Assembly: GCA_035690365.1 (NCBI GenBank)
Contig: DASSKP010000078.1
Coordinates: 54,337-118,336 of the forward strand
Direction of reading: 5' to 3'
DNA: 64,000 nt
Origin: Mycobacteriales bacterium
Lineage (GTDB): Bacteria > Actinomycetota > Actinomycetes > JAFAQI01
Below the pieces are notes generated by a model. That model was not told the origin of the DNA and did no database searches. It was given only the letters and a program-made list of their open reading frames with translations. This document shows, piece by piece, positions 22,112 through 31,604 of the stretch. Every line of letters starts with the position of its first letter. Within the stretch, counting starts at the first letter, position 1. Both the position numbers and the translations under genes were made by a program.

Positions 22112-22482
22112 CCGCATCAACGCGCAGCATCGAGCTGGCTGAGGCCGCGGTCTCGGCAGCAGCCGACAAGCTGGCGAGCGACCTCGTCATCCTGGATGTG
22201 AGCGAACAGCTGGTCATCACCGACTGCTTCGTGCTCGCGTCGGCGCCCAACGACCGGCAGGTGCGCGCTGTCGTCGACGCCGTCGAGGAGCGCCTGCTGG
22301 AGCTCGGCGCGAAGCCGGTGCGCCGTGAAGGTGAACGCGACGGTCGTTGGGTGCTGCTCGACTACGTCGACATCGTCGTGCACGTCCAGCACAGCGAGGA
22401 GCGCAGCTACTACTCGCTCGAACGGCTCTGGAAGGACTGCCCGGAGCTGCCGCTGCCCGACGCCGCCCGGCCGCCGGCATGA
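22108..22482 (+). CDS. rsfS: Ribosome silencing factor RsfS (Iojap)
   Basis: Its TTG start overlaps the LCP stop. The 124-aa protein has the motif LVILDVSEQLVITDCFVLASAPNDRQVRAV. Confidence 0.9.
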   Translation: MTASTRSIELAEAAVSAAADKLASDLVILDVSEQLVITDCFVLASAPNDRQVRAVVDAVEERLLELGAKPVRREGERDGRWVLLDYVDIVVHVQHSEERSYYSLERLWKDCPELPLPDAARPPA

Positions 22483-23126
22483 CCGCGCGTCGCGACTGGA
22501 AGGTCGTCCTGCTTCGCCACGGCCGGACCGAGTGGAACGCGAGCGGTCGCTTCCAGGGACAGATGGACTCGCCGCTCGACGGCATCGGCCGTGCGCAGGC
22601 GGAGGCAGCGGCTGTGGCCGTTGCGCCGATGCGACCGACGGCGCTCGTGACCTCAGACCTGTCGCGCGCAGCCGACACTGCCGCGGCCGTCGCGGCCGAG
22701 GCCGGCGTCGAACCGGTGGCCGACCCGCGGCTGCGCGAGATCTACCTCGGCTCCTGGCAGGGCCTCACGCGGGCCGAGGCACGGGCCAAGTTCCCCGAGG
22801 AGTACGCCGCCTGGCAGACCGGCGAGGACGCCCGCCGCGGCGACGGGGAGACCTACGCCGAAGTCGGCGCCCGCGCCGCCGCGTGCGTCACCGAGTGGCT
22901 CGAGACGCTCGGCAACGGCGCGCTTCTCATCGCGGTGACGCACGGCGGCACGGCTCGCGCGACGATCGGCACGATGCTCGACATGCCGCCGGACACGTGG
23001 TGGCGGCTGGCGCCGCTCGGCAACTGCCGGTGGTCGATGCTGAGCGACATCGGGCGGGGCTGGCGGCTGGAGGAGCACAACGCCGGCAGCCCGCCGGATG
23101 AGGAGACCGGCGACGACGCTCGGTGA
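22479..23126 (+). CDS. Histidine phosphatase family protein (phosphoglycerate mutase-like; GpgP-like by position)
   Basis: Its ATG overlaps the rsfS stop (ATGA). The RHG motif is VVLLRHGRTEWN. In mycobacteria the gene adjacent to rsfS in this position is a histidine phosphatase. Confidence 0.8.
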   Translation: MTARRDWKVVLLRHGRTEWNASGRFQGQMDSPLDGIGRAQAEAAAVAVAPMRPTALVTSDLSRAADTAAAVAAEAGVEPVADPRLREIYLGSWQGLTRAEARAKFPEEYAAWQTGEDARRGDGETYAEVGARAAACVTEWLETLGNGALLIAVTHGGTARATIGTMLDMPPDTWWRLAPLGNCRWSMLSDIGRGWRLEEHNAGSPPDEETGDDAR

Positions 23127-23222
23127 GTCTCATGATCAGCGCGGGCTCGTGGGGTTCTTGCCCCATCCGAGCGCGCTCAGGTCGAGCGGCCCTCGATAAC
23201 CGCTAGACTGGGCGGCGCTTTC

Positions 23223-23295
23223 GGGGCTGTGGCGCAGTTGGTAGCGCACTTGCATGGCATGCAAGGGGTCAGGGGTTCGAGTCCCCTCAGCTCCA
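23223..23295 (+). tRNA. tRNA-Ala (anticodon GGC)
   Basis: The sequence folds into a cloverleaf. Acceptor stem: GGGGCUG/CAGCUCC with the Ala identity pair G3:U70. D-arm: GCGCAGUUGGUAGCGC. Anticodon stem-loop: CUUGC-AUGGCAU-GCAAG, anticodon GGC. T-arm: GGGGUUCGAGUCCCC. The CCA end is not encoded. Confidence 0.85.
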
Positions 23296-23406
23296 CTCAT
23301 CTCTCTACCGGTCAGGCCGTTCCGGCTTGACCAAACACCCATCCCGCCCGGTCATACGCTCCCGGACGCGTGTTACTCGCGTGCACGCTGATGATGTCAT
23401 CGGCAG

Positions 23407-23421
23407 TACCCTGCGGGGGTA
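23407..23421. promoter_or_regulatory. CsoR-type operator (TACCCTGCGGGGGTA) upstream of csoR
   Basis: This is a GC-rich pseudo-palindrome 31 nt upstream of the csoR start. It closely resembles characterised CsoR operators (TACCC-N4-GGGGTA). Confidence 0.5.
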
Positions 23422-23451
23422 TGTTAAACCCTGACGTCAGGGAGGCCCGAG

Positions 23452-23733
23452 ATGCGCGGATACAGCGACGACAAGCAGGCGTTGCAGCAGCGACTGCGCC
23501 GCATCGAGGGCCAGGTCCGAGGCCTGCAGCGGATGGTCGATGAGGACGTGTACTGCATCGACGTCCTCACCCAGATCTCGGCCGCGACGAAAGCCCTCGA
23601 AGCGGTCGCGCTGAACCTGCTCGAGGGCCACCTGCGCCACTGTGTCCACGACGCCATCGCCACCGGCGGCCCAGACGCCGACGCGAAGATCACCGAGGCA
23701 GCTGACGCGGTTCGCCGCCTCGTCCGCTCGTAA
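23452..23733 (+). CDS. csoR: Copper-sensing repressor CsoR (DUF156 family)
   Basis: The 93-aa protein has the CsoR/RcnR fingerprint (YCIDVLTQISA...H...C). Confidence 0.85.
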   Translation: MRGYSDDKQALQQRLRRIEGQVRGLQRMVDEDVYCIDVLTQISAATKALEAVALNLLEGHLRHCVHDAIATGGPDADAKITEAADAVRRLVRS

Positions 23734-23843
23734 CAGGTGGCCATTCGAGTCGCGGCTGCGCCAAGCACCTTCGGCTGACCGGGACTTCCGTCCCTAGCGG
23801 ACTTGGTCCGTTGAGGTGAGGCTGGACATCGAAAGGAGTCACG

Positions 23844-24092
23844 ATGATGGGTTGGTACGGCGACGGACCCGGCTGGGGCGGGTGGGTCGTCATGACGTTG
23901 ATGATGTTGGTGTTCTGGGGGCTGCTGATCTTCGGCGGCATCGCGATCTGGCGGAGCGTCAACCGCGACGACCATCGGTCCCGCGAGGGGCGGCGCGACG
24001 CCGAGCAGGTGCTCGACGAGCGGTTCGCACGCGGCGAGATCGACGAAGACGACTACACGAAGCGCCGCGAGCTGCTGCGCACCGGACACTGA
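23844..24092 (+). CDS. SHOCT-domain membrane protein
   Basis: It has an N-terminal TM segment, then a C-terminal EQVLDERFARGEIDEDDYTKRRELL (SHOCT) domain. Confidence 0.7.
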   Translation: MMGWYGDGPGWGGWVVMTLMMLVFWGLLIFGGIAIWRSVNRDDHRSREGRRDAEQVLDERFARGEIDEDDYTKRRELLRTGH

Positions 24093-24093
24093 C

Positions 24094-24684
24094 GTGCGGC
24101 CCAGCGAGTACCTCCTCGCCGGGGCGGCGACGGCCGCGCTGACCGCTGCGTCCGTGGTGGCGATCGCCGCCAACGGCGTGCCGGCGCATACGAACACCTA
24201 CGGCATGGACCGCGTCGCTGCCTCGTGTGCCGCGCCCGCTGCATTGCCCGGCACGCGGGTGACCGCGGTGCTCGGCGACATGGGCCGAGGCGGCCGCGGG
24301 TCGATGATGGGCCGCGGCTCCATGATGGGCGGCTCGATGATGGGCGGCCACATGATGCTGCGGGCTCTCCCGCAGACGGTCCGCGCCGGGACGGTCAGCT
24401 TCGTCGCCGTCAACCGCGGGACACGAACGCATGAGCTCGTGGTGCTGCCGCTGGCGCCGGGTGCCCCCGTCGGCGCCCGCACCGTGGGTGCCGACAACAC
24501 GGTGTCCGAGGCCGGAAGCGTCGGCGAAGCGTCACACAACTGCGGCGCGGCCGCGGGGGAGGGCATCCGTCCTGGCGCGACCAGCTGGCTGACGCTGACG
24601 CTCGCCCCCGGCCACTACGAGCTCGTGTGCAACCTGCCGGGCCACTACGCCGCCGGCATGTACGCCGAGCTCGACGTCATTTGA
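24094..24684 (+). CDS. Cupredoxin-like copper-binding protein with Met-rich repeat
   Basis: The GTG start is 2 nt after the SHOCT stop. It has a signal/TM segment and a Met-rich stretch, GSMMGRGSMMGGSMMGGHMM. The C-terminal blue-copper ligand pattern is H...C..PGH...M. Confidence 0.65.
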   Translation: MRPSEYLLAGAATAALTAASVVAIAANGVPAHTNTYGMDRVAASCAAPAALPGTRVTAVLGDMGRGGRGSMMGRGSMMGGSMMGGHMMLRALPQTVRAGTVSFVAVNRGTRTHELVVLPLAPGAPVGARTVGADNTVSEAGSVGEASHNCGAAAGEGIRPGATSWLTLTLAPGHYELVCNLPGHYAAGMYAELDVI

Positions 24685-24715
24685 CAACTATACAACTACA
24701 CAGTTACAAAGGGGA

Positions 24716-25057
24716 ATGCCTCTCCCGAGCCCACTTCCCGATGCCCTGGTTGTGCTGATCGCTGAGCGCTTCCGCACCATCGGCGAACCGACGCGGATCC
24801 GGATCCTCGAGCGACTGCGTCAGGGCGAGGCCTCGGTGCAGGAGCTGGCCGAGCACGTCGACAGCTCACAGCAAAACGTGTCCAAGCACCTCGCGCTGTT
24901 GGCCCGGGCCGGCATCGTCGGCCGACGCAGGTACGGCACGTTCGCCTACTACCGAATCACCGACGAGTCGGTGTTGGCGATGTGCGAGCAGGCCTGCGGC
25001 GCCGTGCAGCGAGACATCAGTGACCTGGCCGCAGCGATCGAAGGGGCGCGGGCATGA
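24716..25057 (+). CDS. ArsR/SmtB-family transcriptional regulator
   Basis: It has a winged HTH (IGEPTRIRILERL...ELAEHVDSSQQNVSKHL). The C-terminal Cys pair is CEQAC. Confidence 0.85.
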   Translation: MPLPSPLPDALVVLIAERFRTIGEPTRIRILERLRQGEASVQELAEHVDSSQQNVSKHLALLARAGIVGRRRYGTFAYYRITDESVLAMCEQACGAVQRDISDLAAAIEGARA

Positions 25058-27234
25058 CCGCCCAACCGACGGTCGTCCGAAGCGCCGCCGCCTCGGTCGG
25101 CGATGAGGCGTCGTACGGGCCGCTCGGCCGGCTCGGGTTCTGGACGGCGAGTCACTTCCGCGCCGTCCTGCTCGTGTGGGTGGTCATCGCACTCGGATTC
25201 GGCGTGTTCGCGCCCAAGGCGCAGCACTCCCTCGCCGGCGCCGGATGGGAAGCCTCCGGGTCACAGTCGGTCGCTGCGCGGCAGCTGATCGACCGCCAGT
25301 TCGCGGGTCTGTCCAGCGCCGCCCTGCAGGTGGTCGTGCACTCGAGCTCTCGCCAGGTGAACGACCCGGCGGTGCAGGGTGTCATCGGGCGCGCCGAAGC
25401 ATTGCTGCGGGCCGACCAGCGGATCAGCCGGGTCGTTCCGCCGTCGGCCGGAGTCTCGATCAGCCGTGACGGGCACACCGCCGTCATCCAGGCCGGTGCC
25501 GCGGCCGACACCAATGCGATGGTCCGTGCGGCGGACGCATTGAAGGGTCCGTTGACGCGCTTGTCGGGCAACGGCACGACGGTCGCGCTGACCGGTTCCT
25601 CGGGGCTGTGGAGTGACTTCAACGCCGCGAACCACACCGCGATGATGAAGTCGGAGCTGTACAGCTGGCCGGTGACGATGGCGATCCTCGTGCTGGCGTT
25701 CGGCTCGCTCGTCGCCGCGGGGCTGCCGCTGATGCTCACGATCATCGGCCTGATGGCGGCGGCAGGTTCGCTGTACCTCGGCACGCAGATCGGCGCGATC
25801 TCGATCTGGGCGATGAACTTCGCGATGATGTTCGCGCTTGCCCTCGGCATCGACTACGCACTGTTCCTCGTCGTCCGCTTCCGCGGCGCGCGGTTCGGAC
25901 GGCACGAGGACGACCGGCACGCCGTCGCCGAGACCATGGACACCGCAGGAAAAGCGGTGCTGTTCTCCGGACTGACCGTGCTGATCTCGCTGTCGGCTGT
26001 CATGCTCGTGCCGTCACCGGCGTTCCGGTCCATGGCACTCGGCATCATGCTCGCCGTCATCTTCGTCCTGGGCGCAACGCTCACGCTGCTCCCCGCCGTG
26101 CTCGCCCGGCTCGGGAGCCGAGTCGACGGGCTTGCCTTGCCGTGGGTGCACGCCGGCGAGCACCGGTCGCCGACGTTCGCGCGATGGGCCGAGCGACTGT
26201 GGCGGCGTCCGATCGCGTACGGCGTGCTCGCGCTGACCGCTCTCATCGTGCTGGCCCTGCCGGTCCTCGGGCTGCGTACAGGGATGCCGAGCATCAAGGT
26301 CATCCCGACGAGCGCCACCGCCCGCGTGGGCTACGACCTCGTGCAGTCCGCGTTCGGACCGGGCGCGCCTGGAGCGCTGCAGGTGGTCACCCCGACGACC
26401 GAGTCGGCGCAGACGACGCGCGTGCTGACGAGCTCACCCGGCATCGCGCACGTGACGCCGGCCATGCCGTCTGCCGACGGCCGGTGGCAGATGATGCAAG
26501 CCACGCCGACCGTCGACCCGTCGTCCAAACAGCTCGGCACGATCGTCGATCGGCTGCGCGCGCAACTGCCGCGCGGCACCCTGGTCGGCGGAGCGGCTGC
26601 AGAGAACCACGACCTCGAGCACATCCTGTCCGCCCGGACGCCGCTGGTGATCGGCGTCGTCCTGGCGCTCGGGTTCCTGCTGCTCCTCGTCGCACTGCAG
26701 GCGCCGCTCATCGCCGCCCTGGGAGTGGCGACCAACCTGCTCGCGGTCGGCGCGGCGTTCGGCGTCGCGCGGTTGATCTTCCAGAACGGACACGGCGCAG
26801 GACTGTTCGGGTTCGAGTCGCAGCACTTCCTCGATGCCTGGGCGCCGGTCTTCTTCTTCGCGATGATCTTCGCGATCTCGATGGACTACACCGTGTTCCT
26901 GCTGTCGAGCGCGAAGGAACACTGGGAAGCCAGCCGCGGCAATGCCCGCGACGCGATGGTCGGCGGCGTCGCCCACTCCGGCCGGGTCATCTTTGCCGCG
27001 GCCGGCGTGATGGTCGCCGTCTTCTTCACCTTCGCCCTGTCCGGCCCGCTGCCTCCCAAGGAGATGGGTGTCGTCCTCGGCATCGCGGTCCTGCTGGACG
27101 CCTTGCTGATCCGGTTGCTGCTCCTCCCGGTGCTGCTGCGGTTGACCGGCCGGTGGGCATGGGCCTGCCCGCGCTGGCTGCGCCGAGTCCTGCCGCGGAT
27201 CCGCTTCTCGCACGCGACGACCCAGCAGAACTGA
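25054..27234 (+). CDS. MMPL-family (RND superfamily) transporter
   Basis: The 726-aa protein has 12 predicted TMs in two 6-TM bundles. Its start overlaps the ArsR stop (ATGA). Confidence 0.85.
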   Translation: MTAQPTVVRSAAASVGDEASYGPLGRLGFWTASHFRAVLLVWVVIALGFGVFAPKAQHSLAGAGWEASGSQSVAARQLIDRQFAGLSSAALQVVVHSSSRQVNDPAVQGVIGRAEALLRADQRISRVVPPSAGVSISRDGHTAVIQAGAAADTNAMVRAADALKGPLTRLSGNGTTVALTGSSGLWSDFNAANHTAMMKSELYSWPVTMAILVLAFGSLVAAGLPLMLTIIGLMAAAGSLYLGTQIGAISIWAMNFAMMFALALGIDYALFLVVRFRGARFGRHEDDRHAVAETMDTAGKAVLFSGLTVLISLSAVMLVPSPAFRSMALGIMLAVIFVLGATLTLLPAVLARLGSRVDGLALPWVHAGEHRSPTFARWAERLWRRPIAYGVLALTALIVLALPVLGLRTGMPSIKVIPTSATARVGYDLVQSAFGPGAPGALQVVTPTTESAQTTRVLTSSPGIAHVTPAMPSADGRWQMMQATPTVDPSSKQLGTIVDRLRAQLPRGTLVGGAAAENHDLEHILSARTPLVIGVVLALGFLLLLVALQAPLIAALGVATNLLAVGAAFGVARLIFQNGHGAGLFGFESQHFLDAWAPVFFFAMIFAISMDYTVFLLSSAKEHWEASRGNARDAMVGGVAHSGRVIFAAAGVMVAVFFTFALSGPLPPKEMGVVLGIAVLLDALLIRLLLLPVLLRLTGRWAWACPRWLRRVLPRIRFSHATTQQN

Positions 27235-27274
27235 ACCGGCGAGATTGACCCGCCCGGTTTCGGGCAAAACGTCA

Positions 27275-27301
27275 GGAGTGGCAACCCCCCGTTGCCACTC
27301 C
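27275..27301 (+). terminator. Stem-loop (11-bp perfect stem, 5-nt loop) after MMPL
   Basis: The sequence GGAGTGGCAAC-CCCCC-GTTGCCACTCC lies 41 nt after the MMPL stop, with no U-tract. It is preceded by a second small hairpin, GCCCGGTTTCGGGC. Confidence 0.45.
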
Positions 27302-27346
27302 TCGCCATCTCGTGGAGGCCGGCCGCTCGACACCGGGTGGGGATCC

Positions 27347-27712
27347 ATGTCGCACCGTGATCCGATCGCATCGACGTTGGAGCACACCGCCGAAGTGGCG
27401 GAGGAGAGCGCCAACGAGCAGCACCGCGCTGCGGAAGTAGCTCGCAAAGCGGCTCATGCTCGTCGCCGTGACGACTGGCCGATCCACGGGCCACAGCTCA
27501 CAGGCGCGCTGAGACTTGTGCTCGACCTGCTCGGCGGCAGCGCGGAGAAGCTCGCTGCTTCGGTCGGAGGTCTCCGGCGCGCGTGGGCGGCTGCCCTCGT
27601 GGAGCAAGGGCTGTCCACGCGGCACATCGGCGAGCGGCTCGGAGTCAGCCACCAACGTGTCTCCGCGTTGCTGACTCGCCATCGCAACGGCCCGACCAAC
27701 GGGCAGGGCTGA
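27347..27712 (+). CDS. Small HTH-domain protein (sigma region-4-like C-terminus)
   Basis: The ATG start follows GGGTGGGGA. The C-terminal HTH is LSTRHIGERLGVSHQRVSALL. It is translationally coupled (TGATG) to the downstream HATPase gene. Confidence 0.5.
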   Translation: MSHRDPIASTLEHTAEVAEESANEQHRAAEVARKAAHARRRDDWPIHGPQLTGALRLVLDLLGGSAEKLAASVGGLRRAWAAALVEQGLSTRHIGERLGVSHQRVSALLTRHRNGPTNGQG

Positions 27713-28284
27713 TGGCCACGGCGCCGCACGGGGGTGACGGCGAATCCGACCGGGCAACTGCGCGACGCGGATATGGCGTGAGTCTGGCGATCTGCCTGCC
27801 CAGAGACGAGCTGAGCGTCCCCGTCATCCGGCATTTGGTCCGATACGCTCTCGACCAGGTCGGTGTCATCGACGCCATCAGCAGCGACATCGAGGTGGCC
27901 CTGACCGAGGCCTGCGCGAACGTGCTGCGGCACGCCGGACCCGGCGACTCCTACGAGGTCGGCGTCGCCATCGGTCCCGACAACTGTGAGCTTCGGGTGG
28001 TCGACGCCGGCCGAGGCTTCGACCACTCGACGGTGCAGTCGACGTTGGGCCCGCATGACCTCGACGCCGAACGGGGGAGGGGGCTGCGGTTGATGCATGC
28101 GCTGGTCGACCACATCGAACTCGTCTCCGCGCCGGAGAAAGGGACCCTCGTGCACCTCGTCAAACAGCTCGTCTTCGACGACAGCGCACGGGCGCGGCGC
28201 CTGCTCTCGCAGTCGCCCGAGCAACACGACGAGCAGGTCCCACTGACGGACTTCGTGCCGTACCCGCAGGCAGGGAAGGGCTAG
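27712..28284 (+). CDS. HATPase_c anti-sigma-factor-like serine kinase (RsbW-like)
   Basis: It has GHKL ATPase motifs (EACANVLRHAG, VVDAGRGFD, GRGLRLMHAL). Confidence 0.7.
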   Translation: MATAPHGGDGESDRATARRGYGVSLAICLPRDELSVPVIRHLVRYALDQVGVIDAISSDIEVALTEACANVLRHAGPGDSYEVGVAIGPDNCELRVVDAGRGFDHSTVQSTLGPHDLDAERGRGLRLMHALVDHIELVSAPEKGTLVHLVKQLVFDDSARARRLLSQSPEQHDEQVPLTDFVPYPQAGKG

Positions 28285-28343
28285 CAGCGCCCTCAGGACC
28301 TTCGACTCTGGGCCGCGAGCGGACCTGCGGCGACGCTGACGAT

Positions 28344-29399
28344 GTGGTCGAAATCTCGATTGTCATCGACGAGAACCCGGCTCTTGAGCCGTGGACGATC
28401 GACGTCGCGGACTTCCCCTCGGGGGGCACGATGGCGGAAGCCATCGCGTTCTGTGTCCGATACGCCGTTCTTGCGCCGAGTGGGCACAACACCCAGCCTT
28501 GGTGGTTCGCCATCGACGGCAACCAGGTCGTCGTCGGTCTGGACCCGAGCCGAGGTCTGGCGGTGCTCGATCCGGACGACAGGGAAGCGACCATCAGCGT
28601 CGGCGCCGCAGTGTTCATGCTGCGCGTCGCGCTCGGCCACTTCGGGTTCTCGTCGAAACCGTTCTACTGGCCCGACCCGCACGACCCGGAAGCCTGCGTG
28701 CGACTGGAGGTGCTCGATGTCGGCACCCCCGACCAGGAGCTGGCGCCGTACTTCGACGCCATCACCCGGCGGCACACCAGCCGCATGCGCTTCCTGGGCC
28801 AGCCCGTCCCGCAGTCGTTGCTCGGTCAGCTGGCCGGAGATGCCCGCGCGGAAGGCGCCGAGCTCCTCACGCTGACCGACTACCCGTCTCGGCGCGCCCT
28901 CGCGGAGCTGGTCAGCGCCGCCGACCTGCAGCAGATGGACGATCGGCGCTTCCGCCGCGAGCTCGCGAGCTGGCTCCGCCCGGTGCATACCCGGCGGGGA
29001 GACGGCATCCGCGGTTACGGTTCCGGCCTCGCCGAGGTGATGTCGGTCGCTGCTCCGCTCGTCGTCCGCACCTTCGACGTCGGCGAAGGGCGTGCCGCGC
29101 GTGACGTCGAGCTGGCCACCGGCTCGCCCGTGATCGCCGTCCTGGCCACCACCGACGACGACCGCACCAGCTGGCTTCGGGCCGGCCAGGCACTCGCGCG
29201 GATGGCGCTCCGCGCCACCGCTGCGAACGTCCTCGTCGGTTTCCTCGACCAACCGGTGGAGGTCGCCGAGCTGCGCAACAAGGTAGCTGCCCTGGTCGGC
29301 ACTGACGCCCAGCCGCAGCTTGTCCTCCGTCTCGGTTACGGAGCTCCGGCTCCGCCCCAACCGCGACGTCCGCTTGCTGACGCGCTGGCTCGTCGCTGA
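28344..29399 (+). CDS. Acg-family nitroreductase-like FMN-binding protein
   Basis: The motif YAVLAPSGHNTQPWWFAIDG matches the Acg family (M. tuberculosis Rv2032-like). It has a two-domain nitroreductase fold. An alternative start is at M30 (28431). Confidence 0.75.
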   Translation: MVEISIVIDENPALEPWTIDVADFPSGGTMAEAIAFCVRYAVLAPSGHNTQPWWFAIDGNQVVVGLDPSRGLAVLDPDDREATISVGAAVFMLRVALGHFGFSSKPFYWPDPHDPEACVRLEVLDVGTPDQELAPYFDAITRRHTSRMRFLGQPVPQSLLGQLAGDARAEGAELLTLTDYPSRRALAELVSAADLQQMDDRRFRRELASWLRPVHTRRGDGIRGYGSGLAEVMSVAAPLVVRTFDVGEGRAARDVELATGSPVIAVLATTDDDRTSWLRAGQALARMALRATAANVLVGFLDQPVEVAELRNKVAALVGTDAQPQLVLRLGYGAPAPPQPRRPLADALARR

Positions 29400-29407
29400 C
29401 GCGAAGA

Positions 29408-29770
29408 GTGCTGTGGAGGTGCTCGATGACTACCCATCCGAGTCCGACGCTCTACCTCGTCCCGCGGCAGAGACTGTCCGAACTGCCATGGGAGAAGTTC
29501 CCCGGCAGCGAGGGCGTCGAGCAGCGCGTCCTCTATCGCGATGACCGCAGTGTTGCCGGCCTACTGCGCCTGCACCCTGGAGCGGGTGAGCTGACGCACC
29601 TGCACCTGCACGGCGAACACCACCTGTGGGTGCTCGGTGGCGTCGTCACGGTTGACGACACCATGCTCCCCGCCGACAGCTACCTGCACGTTCCTAGCCG
29701 GCTCGCCCACCGCGTCGTCGATGCCGGCGCCGGCAGCTTGTTGTTCTACGTCTTCTGCGCCACCGAGTGA
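29408..29770 (+). CDS. Cupin-domain protein
   Basis: It has the cupin motifs HLHLHGEHHLWVLGG and YLHVPSRLAH. Confidence 0.6.
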   Translation: MLWRCSMTTHPSPTLYLVPRQRLSELPWEKFPGSEGVEQRVLYRDDRSVAGLLRLHPGAGELTHLHLHGEHHLWVLGGVVTVDDTMLPADSYLHVPSRLAHRVVDAGAGSLLFYVFCATE

Positions 29771-29780
29771 AGGACATCTG

Positions 29781-31595
<1,815 letters not shown>

Positions 31596-31604
31596 CGCAC
31601 GACG

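Noticed and set aside
23136-23342. A 68-aa minus-strand ORF.
   Set aside because: It overlaps the tRNA-Ala gene.
23296-23450. A possible integrated element at the tRNA-Ala 3' end.
   Set aside because: No integrase, no direct repeat of the tRNA 3' end, and no other mobile-element gene were found in the window. Only lower GC and accessory gene content remain, and these are reported as a finding instead.
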